The notes beneath the pieces are model-generated. The model was not told the DNA's origin. It did no database searches and saw only the letters and a program-made list of their open reading frames with translations. This document shows, piece after piece, positions 1 through 12,396 of a stretch of DNA of 64,000 nt (position 1 is the stretch's first letter; each line of letters opens with the position of its first letter). A program made the translations under genes and the position numbers. This DNA comes from Candidatus Bathyarchaeota archaeon (lineage in GTDB: Archaea; Thermoproteota; Bathyarchaeia; Bathyarchaeales; Bathycorpusculaceae), in contig CAVYHV010000009.1 in assembly GCA_963768425.1 (NCBI GenBank), forward strand, positions 192,001 through 256,000, given 5' to 3'.

Positions 1-820
1 AATAATGGTTAGCAGAGGTTGCCCTTACCGATGCATTTTCTGTTCCAAATCGGTTTTCGGAAACAAATATCGAAACAATAGTCCAGTTTACGTTGTAAAC
101 CAAATTCGGCTTTTGATTGAGAAGTTCGGTGTAAAAGAAATCAAGTTCTATGATGACGTATTTACCTTGATAGAAAGTGGGTTATGTCCATTTGTGCTGA
201 ACTAAAGAAACAGGGAATAGATGTTCCTTGGACATGTGAGACCCGAGTGAATTTGGTGGATATTGAATTGCTTAAAACAATGAAAGCCGCTGGGTGTTAC
301 ATGATTGCATATGGCGTCGAATCAGGGGATCAGAAGATTCTGAATTCGAGATCGGGAAGAATGTGACATTGGAGCAGATAACTAATGCCTTTGAGTTCAA
401 CTCATGAAGCTGGGATCGGCACAGTTGGCTTATTTCATGCTTGGTGCTCCAAATGAAACAGCCTGAAACAATTAAGAAAACCATCGAATTCGCTAAAAGG
501 ATTAATCCTGATTTCGTTCAATTTTCTATAGCCACTCCCTATCCTGGTACTGAACTTAATCGATTATACCGCTGAAAATGGATGCTTGCCTAAATCATGG
601 GACGGTTATGTGTATGCAGATTTAAGGTCTGTTGACAGTTCTTTCTTTGAACTCACAACCATGAGTCGACAAGAATTGCGTGAAATGGAACAGAAAAGCT
701 TACACTTCCTTTTACTTGAGATGGGGCTATGTTTGGAAAAGATTGAAGAAAATGAACTCATTTGCTGAACTAAAAACTAACGCTGTAGGCCTTCGAATGC
801 TTTTAGACTTAGTTAAGTGA
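1..820 (+). CDS. Radical SAM protein (B12-binding-associated type), 5' truncated, frameshifted
   Basis: SRGCPYRCIFC (CxxxCxxC), FYDDVFT, WTCETRVN and YGVESG motifs spread over successive ORF fragments. Confidence 0.85.
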
Positions 821-826
821 GTTAAT

Positions 827-2037
827 TTGAATATACTCTTTGTTCACGAAGTTGACTGGTCCACCAAAGTAGTTTTTGACCTGCACAGTCTATCAGAGTT
901 ATTGTCTATCTTTGGCCACAAAGTTTTCGTGATCGATTTTCCAGGTTTACGTAATAGGAAGAGTCTTTTGGACTTTGGCTCCTTCAAAACCGAGGAATTT
1001 AAGAATGTCGCTGGCAGAGCTCATAGTAATAGCTCGATTACATTAATTCGGCCTGGTTTCATAAAAGCTCCATTTCTTGACAGAGCCTCTGCATTCTTCA
1101 CGCATTATGTTGCTATAGAGAAGGCAATTAAGAACAATAAGATTGACGTAATTGTTCTTTACTCAGTTCCCACTAATGGGTATCAAGTAGTACGCCTTGC
1201 AAAGAAATATGGGATTCCTGTAGTTTTCAGGTCGATTGACATTCTCCATGAGCTAGTGCCATCAAAAGTTTTTTAGTCCGCTCACATTTTCGCTCGAGAC
1301 ATGGGTTTACAAGCATGCGGATAAAATTTTAACGTTATCCCCGAAGCTTTCTGATTATGTAGTACGGATGGACGCCAACAAGAATGATGTAGAATTGCTC
1401 CTTTTTGGAGTAGATTTGAACAAATTTAACCCTTACGTGACATCTGCAGAACTCAAAAATAGTTTAGGGCTTATCTGAAGATGACTTGGTAGTACTTTAT
1501 ATTGGGACACTATTTGATTTTTCAGGTTTAGACATTTATTTAGAACAGTTTTCACAGAGTTGTTAAGAAAATACCAAATGCTAAACTGGTTATCGTGGGC
1601 GGTGGTGCATTATTTGGTAAACTGAAGAAACATGTTTCGAATTAAGGCTTACAGGAAATGTAATCTTAACTGGTTTCAAGCCTTTTGATATGATGCCTCA
1701 ATTTATCAACATGGCGAATATTTGCATAAACCCTTTCAAAGTTACTGGAGCAACAAGGGAAATTATTCCTGGAAAAATATTGCAGTATTTAGCATGCGGA
1801 AAACCTGTTTTGTCCACACCATTACCTGGAATGACTTCTTTTCTGAAAGGTCCGAAAGAAGGAGTGGTATATTCTTCATTAGATGAGTTTGCAGAAAGCA
1901 CCATCAAGCTACTAAGTGATGCTAATACGGCGAGTGCTATAGGGAAAAATGGTTACCTTTGGGTAAAAAACAATCATGATGAAATTCAAGTAGCTCGAAA
2001 GCTGGAAAAGATATTGAATCAAATGGCAGTCAATTAA
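827..2037 (+). CDS. Glycosyltransferase family 4 (GT-B), frameshifted
   Basis: MNILFV start; GVD..KF; C-terminal P.KILQYLACGKPVLST. Confidence 0.85.
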
Positions 2038-2088
2038 CGGTGGTCTGTCAGGTACAAGATTTTTTAATAGTTTAAGAGTTCTTTTACT

Positions 2089-2819
2089 TTGAAAAAAAGC
2101 TCAGAATTACAATATGAGGCGAGTTTCAAATACTCTGAGGGTATACTTAACGGGACTCCAAATTCATGGAAAGAGTTTGCGTGGACCCGTGTAAGGCGTA
2201 GGACGATTGGCTATGTGCATGATTCAGTCCAAAGGGCGAGTAGGGTTTTGATAATTGGTGTAGGCGACGGAGGAATCCTGCCCCATTTAAGGTTAGATGA
2301 TAGCGTCCAGAAGATTGGAGTTGATGTAAACAAGAATTTTCTCATACAATCAAAGAAATATTGCGATGTTGTACTGGCATCTGCATCAAGCCTACCATTG
2401 AGAGACGAAAGGATAGATTTCGTGTTCTTCGAATTAATTCTTCATCATTTGAAGGGTCAAAAAACTTGAGTGCTACGATGGGCGAAGTACATAGAGTCCT
2501 TTTGGATAGCGGTAAGGTTATTGCGGTCGAACCTTCTTCAATGAATCCTTCAGGTTTTTTGCTGAATGCCATAAATAAGTTCCATTTTTACTCCAGATTG
2601 TTCGGAGGTTCAAATTACGAATATGCTTTGTCACCTAAGGATATTCGAAATGCTTTTTCTGATTTTTCTGAGGTAACAATTAAAGCGCTAACATTTCTTA
2701 ATCCACGTCTTCCCGTACCTGTCCAACGCATAATCTTGAATCATGAAAAATTTCTGTCTCGAATTGTGGCACAGTTTGCTTGGATAATTTTAATTAATGC
2801 CTGCAAGTCAGATAGGTGA
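2089..2819 (+). CDS. Class I SAM-dependent methyltransferase, frameshifted near 2465
   Basis: VLIIGVGDG, IGVDVN, ASASSLPL, ILHHL, then EVHRVL..GKVIAVEP in the next frame. Confidence 0.8.
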
Positions 2820-2829
2820 TTTAATTTTG

Positions 2830-3844
2830 ATGCCACCATATTTAGCATTTATAGCCAAAGTTAACGAAAAACTAGAAAGAAGTGTCTTGAAGGTCTTAAG
2901 TTTATCAATTGGAAAGAGCACATAATACGGACTCCGTTGTATTTGTAAAACCAAATTTTACTTTCCCACATTACAAAGAAGGGATAACCACAAGTCCAGC
3001 ATTACTAGAAACATGCTCGAAAAACTAAAGGATCGCAGCAGCAACGTAATCTTAGGAGAATCCGACGGAGGAAATTATTCTTTCACTACTGAAGACTCTT
3101 TTAAAGGACATGACATGTATAAAATATGCCGAAGATGTAGGAGTGGAGTTAGTAAATCTTTCCAAGTTACCATCAAGATTTATTGAATCCAAAATACAAG
3201 GCAAGATAGTCAAGGTGCAACTACCCAAGTTGCTATTAAACGATGTTGATTGTTTTATTTCAGTTCCAACTCTGAAAGTCCACGTCATGACTCAAGTGAG
3301 TTTAGGCATGAAAAATCTGTGGGGTTGTTACCCAGATACTATGAGAGGCTTGCGTCATCAAAATCTTGCCTACAAGCTTGTATTATTGGCAAAACTTCTG
3401 AATCCAAGAATAACGATTATCGATGGCCTTTATAGTTTGGATGGGCATGGTCCAATGTTTGGCGAGCCTGTGAAAACTGACATTATTATCGCAGCAAATA
3501 ACGTTGTAGTAGCCGACACGCTCGGGACTCAAATCATGAAAATGCCTCTAAAGAAAGTTAAGCACATTCACATAGCGGAAAAAGAAGGCATTGGCACAAC
3601 AAAATTGGAAACCGTAAACATCAATGTAGGGTGGGAAAGATACTGCCGGCAATTTCAGGTAAGGAAGACAATATTAGATAACGCATCAATGCTGCTTTTC
3701 CAAAGTGACATTGCCGCAAGACTAGTCATGGACTCTCCTTTTACTCCGATAATATACCGCTTGGCCGGAAGTTTAAGGTCTGCAGATGAGAAAACAATCG
3801 TAAGCCAATTAGGCAACACCCAAGGTTTTATTAACAACCAATGA
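2830..3844 (+). CDS. DUF362 domain protein, N-terminus frameshifted
   Basis: VKPN, ISVPTLKVH, SLGMKNLWG, IIDG, GHGP..G motifs. Confidence 0.8.
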
Positions 3845-5013
3845 AAATCCTACAAGTGATACCCTTTTTCTCCATGTCTTGTGGAGGCTCAGCTCGTCAA
3901 TCTTACGAGATTTCTAATTGGTTATCTAAAAATGGACATGAAGTCACAGTTTTTACAAGTGATTTCAAACTAAGCCCAGAATGGATAAAAGTTTGCCACA
4001 AGTAAAAGTTTACCCTTTTAAGGCAATGTTCTGCTTGGCAAGTTTTTTCGTGACTCCTGACTTAATAAGACAGGGCGAAAAGATGATAGAGAGTTTGGCG
4101 TAATTCATATGCATAATTACAGAAGCTTTCAAAATATAGCTGTAGCCCACTATGCAAAAAAATCTGGGGTTCCTTACGTTTTGCAGGCTCACGGTTCGCT
4201 TCCTAAGATAATGGGCAAACAAAGATTGAAATGGCTTTATGATGTTTTATTTGGCTATAGACTGCTGAAGAATGCTTCAAAAGTCATCGCGCTTACCCCA
4301 TTTGAAGCTCAGCAGTACATAGATTTTGGCGTGCCTGAGGAGAAAATCGAGATTATACCTAACGGGATTGATTTGTCAAGATATCATAACTTCTGCCCAA
4401 AGGCTTTTCAGGAAAAAGTTTAACATAAGTGAAGAGATGAAAATAGTGTTATATTTGGGTAGGATTCACAAAATTAAAGGACTTGACATTCTTGTCAGAG
4501 CTTTCGCGAATATTGTTAAAGAGTTGGATGATGTTAAACTTGTAATAGTATCGGTCCGACGATGGTTACCTTCGGGAACTTGAAACGTTAATTAGACTTT
4601 TGGAAATCCCGAATAATGTGCAAATCGTTGGTTATTTGTCTGGTAAAGATAAACTCACGGCCTATGTTGACGCAGATGTATATGTTTTGCCTTCGAGATA
4701 CGAGATATTCGGAATAACTGTTCTTGAGAGTGTCGCATGTGGAACTCCAATAATAATTACCGATGTCTGTGGATTAGCTGATTATTTTGGGGATAAAGTA
4801 GGTATGGTTGTTAAGGCAGATTCTATATCTCAGTTGCAAGAAGCGTTACTTGAAATGCTTGTAAACAAAAAAAGACGAGAAATATATGAGGAAAACTGTA
4901 AAAACGCGTTGGAGAAATTCAGCATTTATGCAATTGTTTTACAGATCGAAAAAATATATGAAAGCTTAGCAAGTAATCGTTCTAAAATGAACTTTTCCGT
5001 TGGATCAAATTGA
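3841..5013 (+). CDS. Glycosyltransferase family 4, frameshifted
   Basis: MKILQV at 3841; IIPNGID; YLGRIHKIKG; LPSRYEIFG..LES.ACG. Confidence 0.9.
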
Positions 5014-6259
5014 AGATATTATTTCTATCTTCAGAACCCCCTTACCCGCCTATAAATGGCGTCAGAATCAAGACCTTCAATCTAATTAAAGGACTGCACG
5101 AAAGAGGCCACAAAATACACCTAATTTCTTTCAATCGCTCTTTGCCAATTCTGAAACAATTACTAGCGAACTGAAGAAATATTGTTCAAGCATGCAGTTT
5201 TTTGAGCTAAGTGATTGCCCGAGTGATCTTATAAAAAACGCGATATATAGTATTAACAGTAGTGATGTTATTAATTTTAGGTTTAAATCAAATGGCTTTA
5301 GAAACGCAATTATTAATGCCGTCAAAAATACTGAAGTTGATTTAGTTCATTTTGATTTAATTTCTTTAACGCACTTTGTTAAGTCAATTTCAAAACTTGC
5401 TCCTTCTGTTGCCTCCATTAACGATAGTTACTCGTTATGGTTAAAGAATAAGTTATTGCGGTTGCCTTGTTACAGCTTAGAATCTTTAGTTGATAAGGCG
5501 TATTATAGCACGACTTTCCCATTGGCAACTCTTTACGAGAAAGGCATTCTTGAGAGTTTCCAGAAGGTTCACGTGGTTTCTAATGTGGATGCGGTTTATC
5601 TCCGCAGTCTTAACCCAGCGTTGGACGTAGAGATGATTCCAAATGGTGTTGATACCGAATATTTCAAGCCGTCGGGTTTAACAACGGATGAGCCTACCTT
5701 GGTTTACGTAGCTTCTATGCATAGCGAGAACGCTAGCACTGCTTTATGGTTTATTAGAAAGGTTTTCGTAAAAGTGAGAAAGCGAATTTCGGGAATAAAG
5801 TTGTATTTGGTTGGAAAAGATCCTGATTCTGTGTTGCTTTCTGAAGCTATGCGGAATAAAAATGTGATTGTTACTGGCTATGTAAATGATATTAGACCTT
5901 TTATTGATAGTGCCACAGTTGTAGTTGATCCAGCCACGAAGTGTTGTGGAATTTTTAACCATGTTTTGCAGTCTATGGCTATGGGCAAGGTTGTGGTCGG
6001 AACCCGTTCGAGCTTCTTGGCGATTAAAGGTGCTGTGTCTTGGAAAAATGTAGTTGTGGCAAAGAATGAAACGGATTTTGCCTCAAGTATAGTGTGTTTG
6101 GTGGAGAATGCGTCTGAAAGAAAGACTATAGGGGCGAATGCTCGGCGTCTTATTGAGCAGGGCTATAAGTGGTCTGCTATGATACCTCGTTATGAAAAGA
6201 TGTATGCTGCGGCAATTGAGAAGTTTGGAGACAGTGTTCCTTGTCGGGTAGCCCAGTGA
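5010..6259 (+). CDS. Glycosyltransferase family 4, N-terminus frameshifted
   Basis: TTG-KILFLSSEPPYPP at 5010; IPNGVDT; VTGYV.DI; QSMAMGK. Confidence 0.85.
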
Positions 6260-7098
6260 ATGTGATGGAAACTCCTTTGGTGTCAGTTGTTTTGCCAACG
6301 TTTAATCGTGCTTCGATGATTGGCGCCAGTATCAAGTCTGTGCAGGAGCAGAGCTACCGCAATTTAGAACTTATCATAATCAATGATTGTTCTTCTGATG
6401 GTACTTATGAGTTGTTGCGGGATCTTGCTAGTTTTGGTGATCGGATACGAGTGTTTCATAATCAGCAGCGGTTGGGGCTGCCTGCTTCGCGTAACAAGGG
6501 TGTTTTGCATTCAAGGGGGTCATTGGTGTTTTTTTCGGAAGACGATCTTATCTTGGGTCCTGATTGTATTTCGGTATTGGTTGATTCTTTTAGATGCTTG
6601 CGTCGTAAAGGGCACAAAGTCGGTGCAGTGGGTCCTCGTCTGATAACAGTTTTAACAGGTCCCGCAAGAACTAAAGGAAAGGAACAAGGAAAACGCCTAG
6701 TCCAAATAAGTCCAATAACAGGTTTTGTCAAAATAAATTTTGGGTTGAACATCGTGGGCCCTGTCATAGTGGAAACCCTTCATGCTTGCTCTTTAATTCC
6801 CAGAGCCGCAATTCTCGAAGTCGGTGGTTATGAACCCAAACTATATAAAGGAAATTACAGCGGTGAAGAAACAGATTTCTATCTCCGTCTTCAAAAGAAA
6901 GGTTACTCCTTGTTCTTCGAGCCTAAATCAGTAGTGAAACACTATTTCGGTAAAGTTGGCGGTACCATTCTTCCCTCAAAATTCTCGCAAGAATATTATA
7001 ACATGCGAAACCATTTGATGTATCTGGTTCGGTTCTATGGAGTATCAACCATCTTCATGTTTCCGTGTTTCCTTTTCAAAAAACTTGTTCTAAGGTGA
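6256..7098 (+). CDS. Glycosyltransferase family 2
   Basis: PLVSVVLPTFNR, IIINDCSSDGT, SRNKG, EDD, EETDFYLR. Confidence 0.9.
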   Translation: MNVMETPLVSVVLPTFNRASMIGASIKSVQEQSYRNLELIIINDCSSDGTYELLRDLASFGDRIRVFHNQQRLGLPASRNKGVLHSRGSLVFFSEDDLILGPDCISVLVDSFRCLRRKGHKVGAVGPRLITVLTGPARTKGKEQGKRLVQISPITGFVKINFGLNIVGPVIVETLHACSLIPRAAILEVGGYEPKLYKGNYSGEETDFYLRLQKKGYSLFFEPKSVVKHYFGKVGGTILPSKFSQEYYNMRNHLMYLVRFYGVSTIFMFPCFLFKKLVLR

Positions 7099-7107
7099 AC
7101 AATAAAA

Positions 7108-8167
7108 GTGAAAATGCTGATTACTCCATATGAATATTCCGAGTTCGCGGGTGGTGTGGAAGTTTTTTCTGAAAATCTCAAAAAAATCTTCCCTGATCTC
7201 ATAACAATAACAAACTCAAAAGTTTATTTGAGCAATACTGATTTATATCTAAAATTCTTCAGAAATAATGATGTTGTTTCTTCATTAATATCTAATAGAA
7301 TGGCTATTAAAACTATGAAACGGGTACATGTTGATGTTTTATTTGTAAATGGATTATACGGCTGGTACTTGACGCTTAAAAAGCCTGAGGTACCAATTAA
7401 TAAATATATTTCATGGATGCTACGGTGGAGTGGCAAATTATATACTAAAGCAAGGTCGGAAGCTTTTATTTCATTACTAAAAGACTACCTCGGATTCATT
7501 GAACATTTAAGTGCCTCTGGAAAAGTTGTAGTGTCGGTATCTGAATTTGTACGTGATTTGTTAAAGCAGTATTATGATATTGATAGTATCGTAATTCCGA
7601 ATGGGGTGGATTTAGAGGTTTTTGAACCAATAGGAAAACTCAAGGCACGAAAGATGCTGTTCTTGCCTGCTGACAGAAGAATAGGCATATTTGTTGGTCC
7701 TCTTTCTTACAGTAAAGGATTTGATATAATCGTCAAACTTGCAAAGGAAAACCCGACCACACTTTTCATAGTCGTTTCGCGGGAAGTGCCAAGTTCTTGG
7801 ATTTTTCCTAACATACTTTCGTTTTCCAATGTTTCACACCTTGATATGCCGAAGTTCTACTCCGCAGCCGATTTCTTTATTTTTCCTTCAAGATTCGAAG
7901 GATGCAGTTTATCTATTCTAGAGGCGATGGCATGTAACGTACCTGTAATTACTTCTGCCACCGGTTCGTTTTATGCTCTAAACGGTTTGCAGACTTTCGG
8001 ATATGTGATGCCTTTAACGGGAAATATAGATGATTACAACATGGCCATCTCACATGTGCTCGAAGAGAACGACTGATTTTTTCCCAAGAGAGCATATTCA
8101 CAAAAACTATTCGCTTGATTTATTTAGGGATCGTTATCAAAACCTTATTAAAAAAACCATTGCATAG
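7108..8167 (+). CDS. Glycosyltransferase family 4 (end approximate)
   Basis: GGVE; VIPNGVD; FPSRFEG..LEAMAC. Confidence 0.85.
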
Positions 8168-8204
8168 CTTAACGATCTCGTCAAGTTTTTAGTTACTGTA
8201 CCTG

Positions 8205-10679
8205 ATGCGATTGAGGCGACGTAGTTTGCCGCGAGTTCGAGTAATAATACAACCTCTTGTTAGGCAAATAGTTTATGCTATGACGGCGGTTCTTTTGATT
8301 TTTATTCTTCTGTCTACTTTGAAGGTATACCAAGGTTTTGACGTCTTATTATCTCGTTACCTAACTGTTCCGCAACAATCTTTGGCGCCTTATTTAGTGC
8401 AAACAGGTGAATTGAGCTCGCCTATGGGAAGTCTGATGAGCGGCTTTATATCGTTAACAACGATTACTGGAAGTGTTACGAATTTTTATGACGTTTTTTC
8501 GTTCTTTTTGGTGTGGATGATTGTCGCACTTATATATTTACTTGCGACAAAAAAGATCGCACTAAGTCTACTATTATCCCTCGCTACGTTTGTCATTACT
8601 TTTTTAATCGCCGGTCGATACTATTTGTTGAACAACACTAATGTTTTGAATAACTTAAATCTGTTTTTCATTGAAATACTACTAGTTTTTGTTTCTTATT
8701 TTGCATCTCTCTATCTCTCAGGTATTTTTTGGAAAAAATCCAAGTTTATAGCCTTTTTGTTACTTGGAAGTATTGCCTTAGGTTACTGTATAATATTAGC
8801 TTTTTCGGTTCCTCCCCTATCAATTTTATATTTAATTTGGTTTTTTGTCTTGGTCTTACCAGTTGGTATACTTGCATGGTTATCTGTTTCTATAGGAATA
8901 GGGAGTATGTCGCCATGGTCAGTTCGCGATATTTTAATGAGTATGGTTTTTGGAACCATATTTTTATGTCTCGTTAGTTGGTTTCTGCTTCAAATAGGAG
9001 CTATGACCCTACCAAATTTGGTTCTTTTAGAAGTAGCCTCAATAGTAGCTCTTCTATTATTTGTGAAGAAACGAGCGCTTCTAAAGCTTAGATCTATTCG
9101 AATTTATTCTTTACCCACCTTTGAGTCTTCACTAATTCTTGCCATTACCCTATCTCTAGTTTTTGTTCTGGAAATTGGTTGGTTTAATGTTTCTTTTAAT
9201 CAAATTCCTTGGTTGGATGCATGGATGTGGTGGGGACAAGGTCTATCTTCAGCATTTGTAGGAAAAGTGTGGGACGTAGGGTATCTTAGCATAGGTAATA
9301 GCCCACCAGTTCAATCGTTACTTGGATCTGTTTTTTCTTTACACCCTGATGTAATATCGTCAATTTATTTTATGAAGATATTTTCGCTATTCTTAATCTT
9401 TTTTACATCGCTCTTAGTTTTCTTTCTTTCCGGTTTACTGCTATCTAAAATTCCGAAGCTAAATAAAGATCTCTTTTTTGTTCGTGGCTTCTCAGTTTTA
9501 TGCTTTATGACTACTTCGTGGGTTCTTTTTTATGCAGTAACATTTGTGCGAGAACTCCTTGGAATTCCCATATTAGTAATGATTTTATGTTTAATGAATT
9601 TGAATGCTCGGAACACAAGGCTTCAATTCTTTCTCTGCATATGTTTATCAATTTTCGTTTTCTTTGTGAGCCCTTTAACTGCGTTCTATTCCAGTTTCTT
9701 AGCCGGTATATTGTTCTTGGTTCTTATTGTCAAATTGAAAGATAAATCTTCAAGTAGACTTTATTTTCTACTTTCATTATTATTGGCTGTAATACTTGCT
9801 TTTTTTTTGGTAATGGCGCTGATATTTCCTCTTGCGCCTGGTGTTCCGAGCCTTTTCACAAGTATACATTTTAATTTGATCTCTCCATCACAATTGGTTT
9901 ATTTTTTGATCAATGGTGGTGGACTGTTAAGCTTTGTGTTTGCCGCTTTAGGTCTTTGGTTCATACTTTTTAGGGCAAAGTCTAACATCAGTATGTTCAT
10001 TTCAGTTTTATTTTTTGCGTTTATTCTACTAATTACATTCGTTTTTCCAATTACTGATGTATTATATCAACATGCTGAATTTTTCGGAATAGCTGTTTCT
10101 ATCCTAAGCCCCATAGGTATAATTGCAGTTCTTGATTTATTTGAAAGGAATAATTTTTTTGGCAAGAAGATTACTGCAACAAATAGGCGAGCTATTGTGT
10201 TAGTGCTTCTTTTTACAATTTTGATCGCTCAGTTTTCTTACGGCTTTGCTCACGCCTCAAATATTGATCGCACCAATGAAAGCGAAGTAGTCAATCTCCT
10301 AATGAATCTCAATAATGAAATACCGAGCAATGCTATAGTTTTGGTAGATGGTCCGCTTGTTTACAAAAGTTTGGGATTCCTTGCTCCAAGGGATGTTCAG
10401 ACTTGGGGTCTGATCAAGGCATATCAAGATGCAATAAGTAATACGACAACTCTACTTAACCTAATTGATTTTTCAATTAGAAATAACGTTTATTTCGTTT
10501 CAGTTTCAGGAGGCGATTATTTTTTAGACAACTTGCGGTCTTCTGTTTTAGTCAATATTGACGTTGTTCTAAAAAACTATAGCGTTTCTATGGATTATCT
10601 TGGAACGCCATTTATGTTAACCTATGGTTATCGCGATGTCTATTTGTTTAACTTTTCTTACGTAGTTCAAATACCGTGA
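8205..10679 (+). CDS. Large polytopic membrane protein, possibly a GT-C-like glycan transferase or polymerase
   Basis: 824 aa, many hydrophobic segments, luminal PWLDAW motif, soluble C-terminal tail, located in glycan cluster. Confidence 0.55.
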   Translation: MRLRRRSLPRVRVIIQPLVRQIVYAMTAVLLIFILLSTLKVYQGFDVLLSRYLTVPQQSLAPYLVQTGELSSPMGSLMSGFISLTTITGSVTNFYDVFSFFLVWMIVALIYLLATKKIALSLLLSLATFVITFLIAGRYYLLNNTNVLNNLNLFFIEILLVFVSYFASLYLSGIFWKKSKFIAFLLLGSIALGYCIILAFSVPPLSILYLIWFFVLVLPVGILAWLSVSIGIGSMSPWSVRDILMSMVFGTIFLCLVSWFLLQIGAMTLPNLVLLEVASIVALLLFVKKRALLKLRSIRIYSLPTFESSLILAITLSLVFVLEIGWFNVSFNQIPWLDAWMWWGQGLSSAFVGKVWDVGYLSIGNSPPVQSLLGSVFSLHPDVISSIYFMKIFSLFLIFFTSLLVFFLSGLLLSKIPKLNKDLFFVRGFSVLCFMTTSWVLFYAVTFVRELLGIPILVMILCLMNLNARNTRLQFFLCICLSIFVFFVSPLTAFYSSFLAGILFLVLIVKLKDKSSSRLYFLLSLLLAVILAFFLVMALIFPLAPGVPSLFTSIHFNLISPSQLVYFLINGGGLLSFVFAALGLWFILFRAKSNISMFISVLFFAFILLITFVFPITDVLYQHAEFFGIAVSILSPIGIIAVLDLFERNNFFGKKITATNRRAIVLVLLFTILIAQFSYGFAHASNIDRTNESEVVNLLMNLNNEIPSNAIVLVDGPLVYKSLGFLAPRDVQTWGLIKAYQDAISNTTTLLNLIDFSIRNNVYFVSVSGGDYFLDNLRSSVLVNIDVVLKNYSVSMDYLGTPFMLTYGYRDVYLFNFSYVVQIP

Positions 10680-11125
10680 ACAACGCAATTACAATTCCAC
10701 TTGATCAATTTGAGGTCCAACCTGAAATGAGTAACAATGTGAAAGATTATACCATCGGATACACCTACCCTGTGTTAAATCTTTCAATAAATTCTTATAA
10801 TACTTCTTCAGCGTACACTTGGCTACGCTTAGAACTTTCAAAAAATGTCTCATTTGCAGATTATCCTTCAGTGTTCTTAGATTTGAATGGAAGTCAAAAT
10901 TCATTTTTCAATTTAGGCTTTGGAAATTCTTCACAGCCGCTGTGCTTTGTCGGGGAAACTTCCACTGGACAAAAGAATTATGTTTTCAGCTTAACCAACC
11001 TTAAGCAAACTGGATCTAACGTTTCTTATAATGACACAAGATTTGTTTGGCTTGCTATATCTGGGAACGGAGAATCCTCTTATTCCTTTAATGTGAGTGC
11101 AATAATTTTCTTTAATCTTCGATAG
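10676..11125 (+). CDS. Hypothetical beta-sandwich (carbohydrate-binding-like) protein
   Basis: Overlaps upstream stop; Asn/Ser-rich beta pattern. Confidence 0.5.
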   Translation: MNNAITIPLDQFEVQPEMSNNVKDYTIGYTYPVLNLSINSYNTSSAYTWLRLELSKNVSFADYPSVFLDLNGSQNSFFNLGFGNSSQPLCFVGETSTGQKNYVFSLTNLKQTGSNVSYNDTRFVWLAISGNGESSYSFNVSAIIFFNLR

Positions 11126-11317
11126 ATAAAGAATTACTAAGTGAGAATGGAATATAAATCAGCTTTTTTAGGGATTTGTTATTTTTAAAGGACGGATTTA
11201 TAACGGGCTGCTCTAATATTCTTTTAATTATTCAAGTTTGAACGGCGATCTTTGGTGTTTTTCTCAAATACTCTAAAGACCGCAGGCAATTTGAGGTTCC
11301 TCTTATTTTTGTTATAA

Positions 11318-11719
11318 ATGCAAGTTTATCAGATTTTTGCCAACAAAATTGTCGTTTTACTAACCTCAAAGCAAGGAAATCGTTTACGGGCGGCTCAGCG
11401 CCGAGTTCTCATCTATGCTGATGATCATTCAAGTGTTTCGCCTTCAAACGTGCCGGTTCCTTACGGGGGAATCCAACAATTTAACATGACGGCGGACTCT
11501 GGCTACTACATCAGTGGCGTCTACATAGATGGAGTTGACCACGGCAACTTAATGACGTACAACTTCACTAACATCCAAGATAACCATACAATCTCAGTGA
11601 CCTCAGCAACGTTTGCACCAACAAACACGCTCACACCAACTCAAACCAACCCGTGCCCTACAGAAACAATACTAATAACCGCCACAGCCATAGTTGCATT
11701 GATTGCCGCGTTCGCTTAA
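11318..11719 (+). pseudogene. C-terminal fragment of a surface protein with divergent InlB B-repeat-like domain and TM anchor
   Basis: V.YGG.Q.F..TADSGYYISGVYIDG...YNFTNI..NHTI, same domain type as in the sedolisin at about 33.4 kb; no signal peptide. Confidence 0.55.
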
Positions 11720-11949
11720 CCTCTTACGAAATGATTCGCACTTTACCAACAAATTGGGCACAATAGAAAACAAACGCTCAGACCCGGTCGCGTATGTTCT
11801 CAAGACTTAGTCTATCATTTGAACACCCCAAAAAGACGACTTTTAACCGCGCGAGTCTGATGACCTTCGAGACTCTTTTTGAAAGTTGTTATTACGCGCA
11901 CTTGTGCCAAATGAAACATAAATAGTATTATTTGTTACATAAAAGTCCC

Positions 11950-11961
11950 AATATTTAAAAG
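11950..11961 (+). promoter_or_regulatory. TATA box for candidate ncRNA
   Basis: TTTAAAA at 11954-11960, about 24 nt before the terminal stem at 11984. Confidence 0.5.
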
Positions 11962-11983
11962 TCCACGTCTATAATACCATCGT

Positions 11984-12213
11984 TGCAGGTTGAGGAGCAC
12001 GCTTTAATCGCGATGCATTAAGGCAAGGAGCGTGTCGATTAAAACAGCGAAAAATCGATGCGCGACAAAGACTTTGCCTCGATGGGCTGGACATTGCATT
12101 GTTGCATTGAGGCTATGAGCAGCGTGGTTAAAACGGTGAAAGACCATGCTGCGACCAAGACATCGCCTCAATGGACCGCGAACATCAAATTTAAGGCTCA
12201 GACTCAACCTGCA
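11984..12213 (+). ncRNA. Structured ncRNA with two tandem pseudoknotted arms (family not recognised)
   Basis: Perfect 11-bp terminal stem; two 69-nt arms with covarying stems at 89-nt period; G-U pairs favour + strand; TATA upstream and pyrimidine run downstream. Confidence 0.75.
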
Positions 12214-12396
12214 CTTCTTCTCAAAAAACGAGCATCATAATTCTTTTTTAGTTCAGAAAAATCTTGTTTCCCTTTCTAGACGTTAAGCAAACTAATTTTT
12301 AAAGCGTTATTGCTGGCATGTGTTTAAGTGTTAATTAGCCGCGGTTCAGCGCCTATCCTGCTTAGGGATAAAATAAAGAAAAATAGCTAAAGCAAC

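Noticed and set aside
12004-12240. ORFs 12004-12207(-) and 12058-12240(+)
   Set aside because: No RBS or recognisable motif; the 89-nt repeat period and compensated pairing favour RNA.
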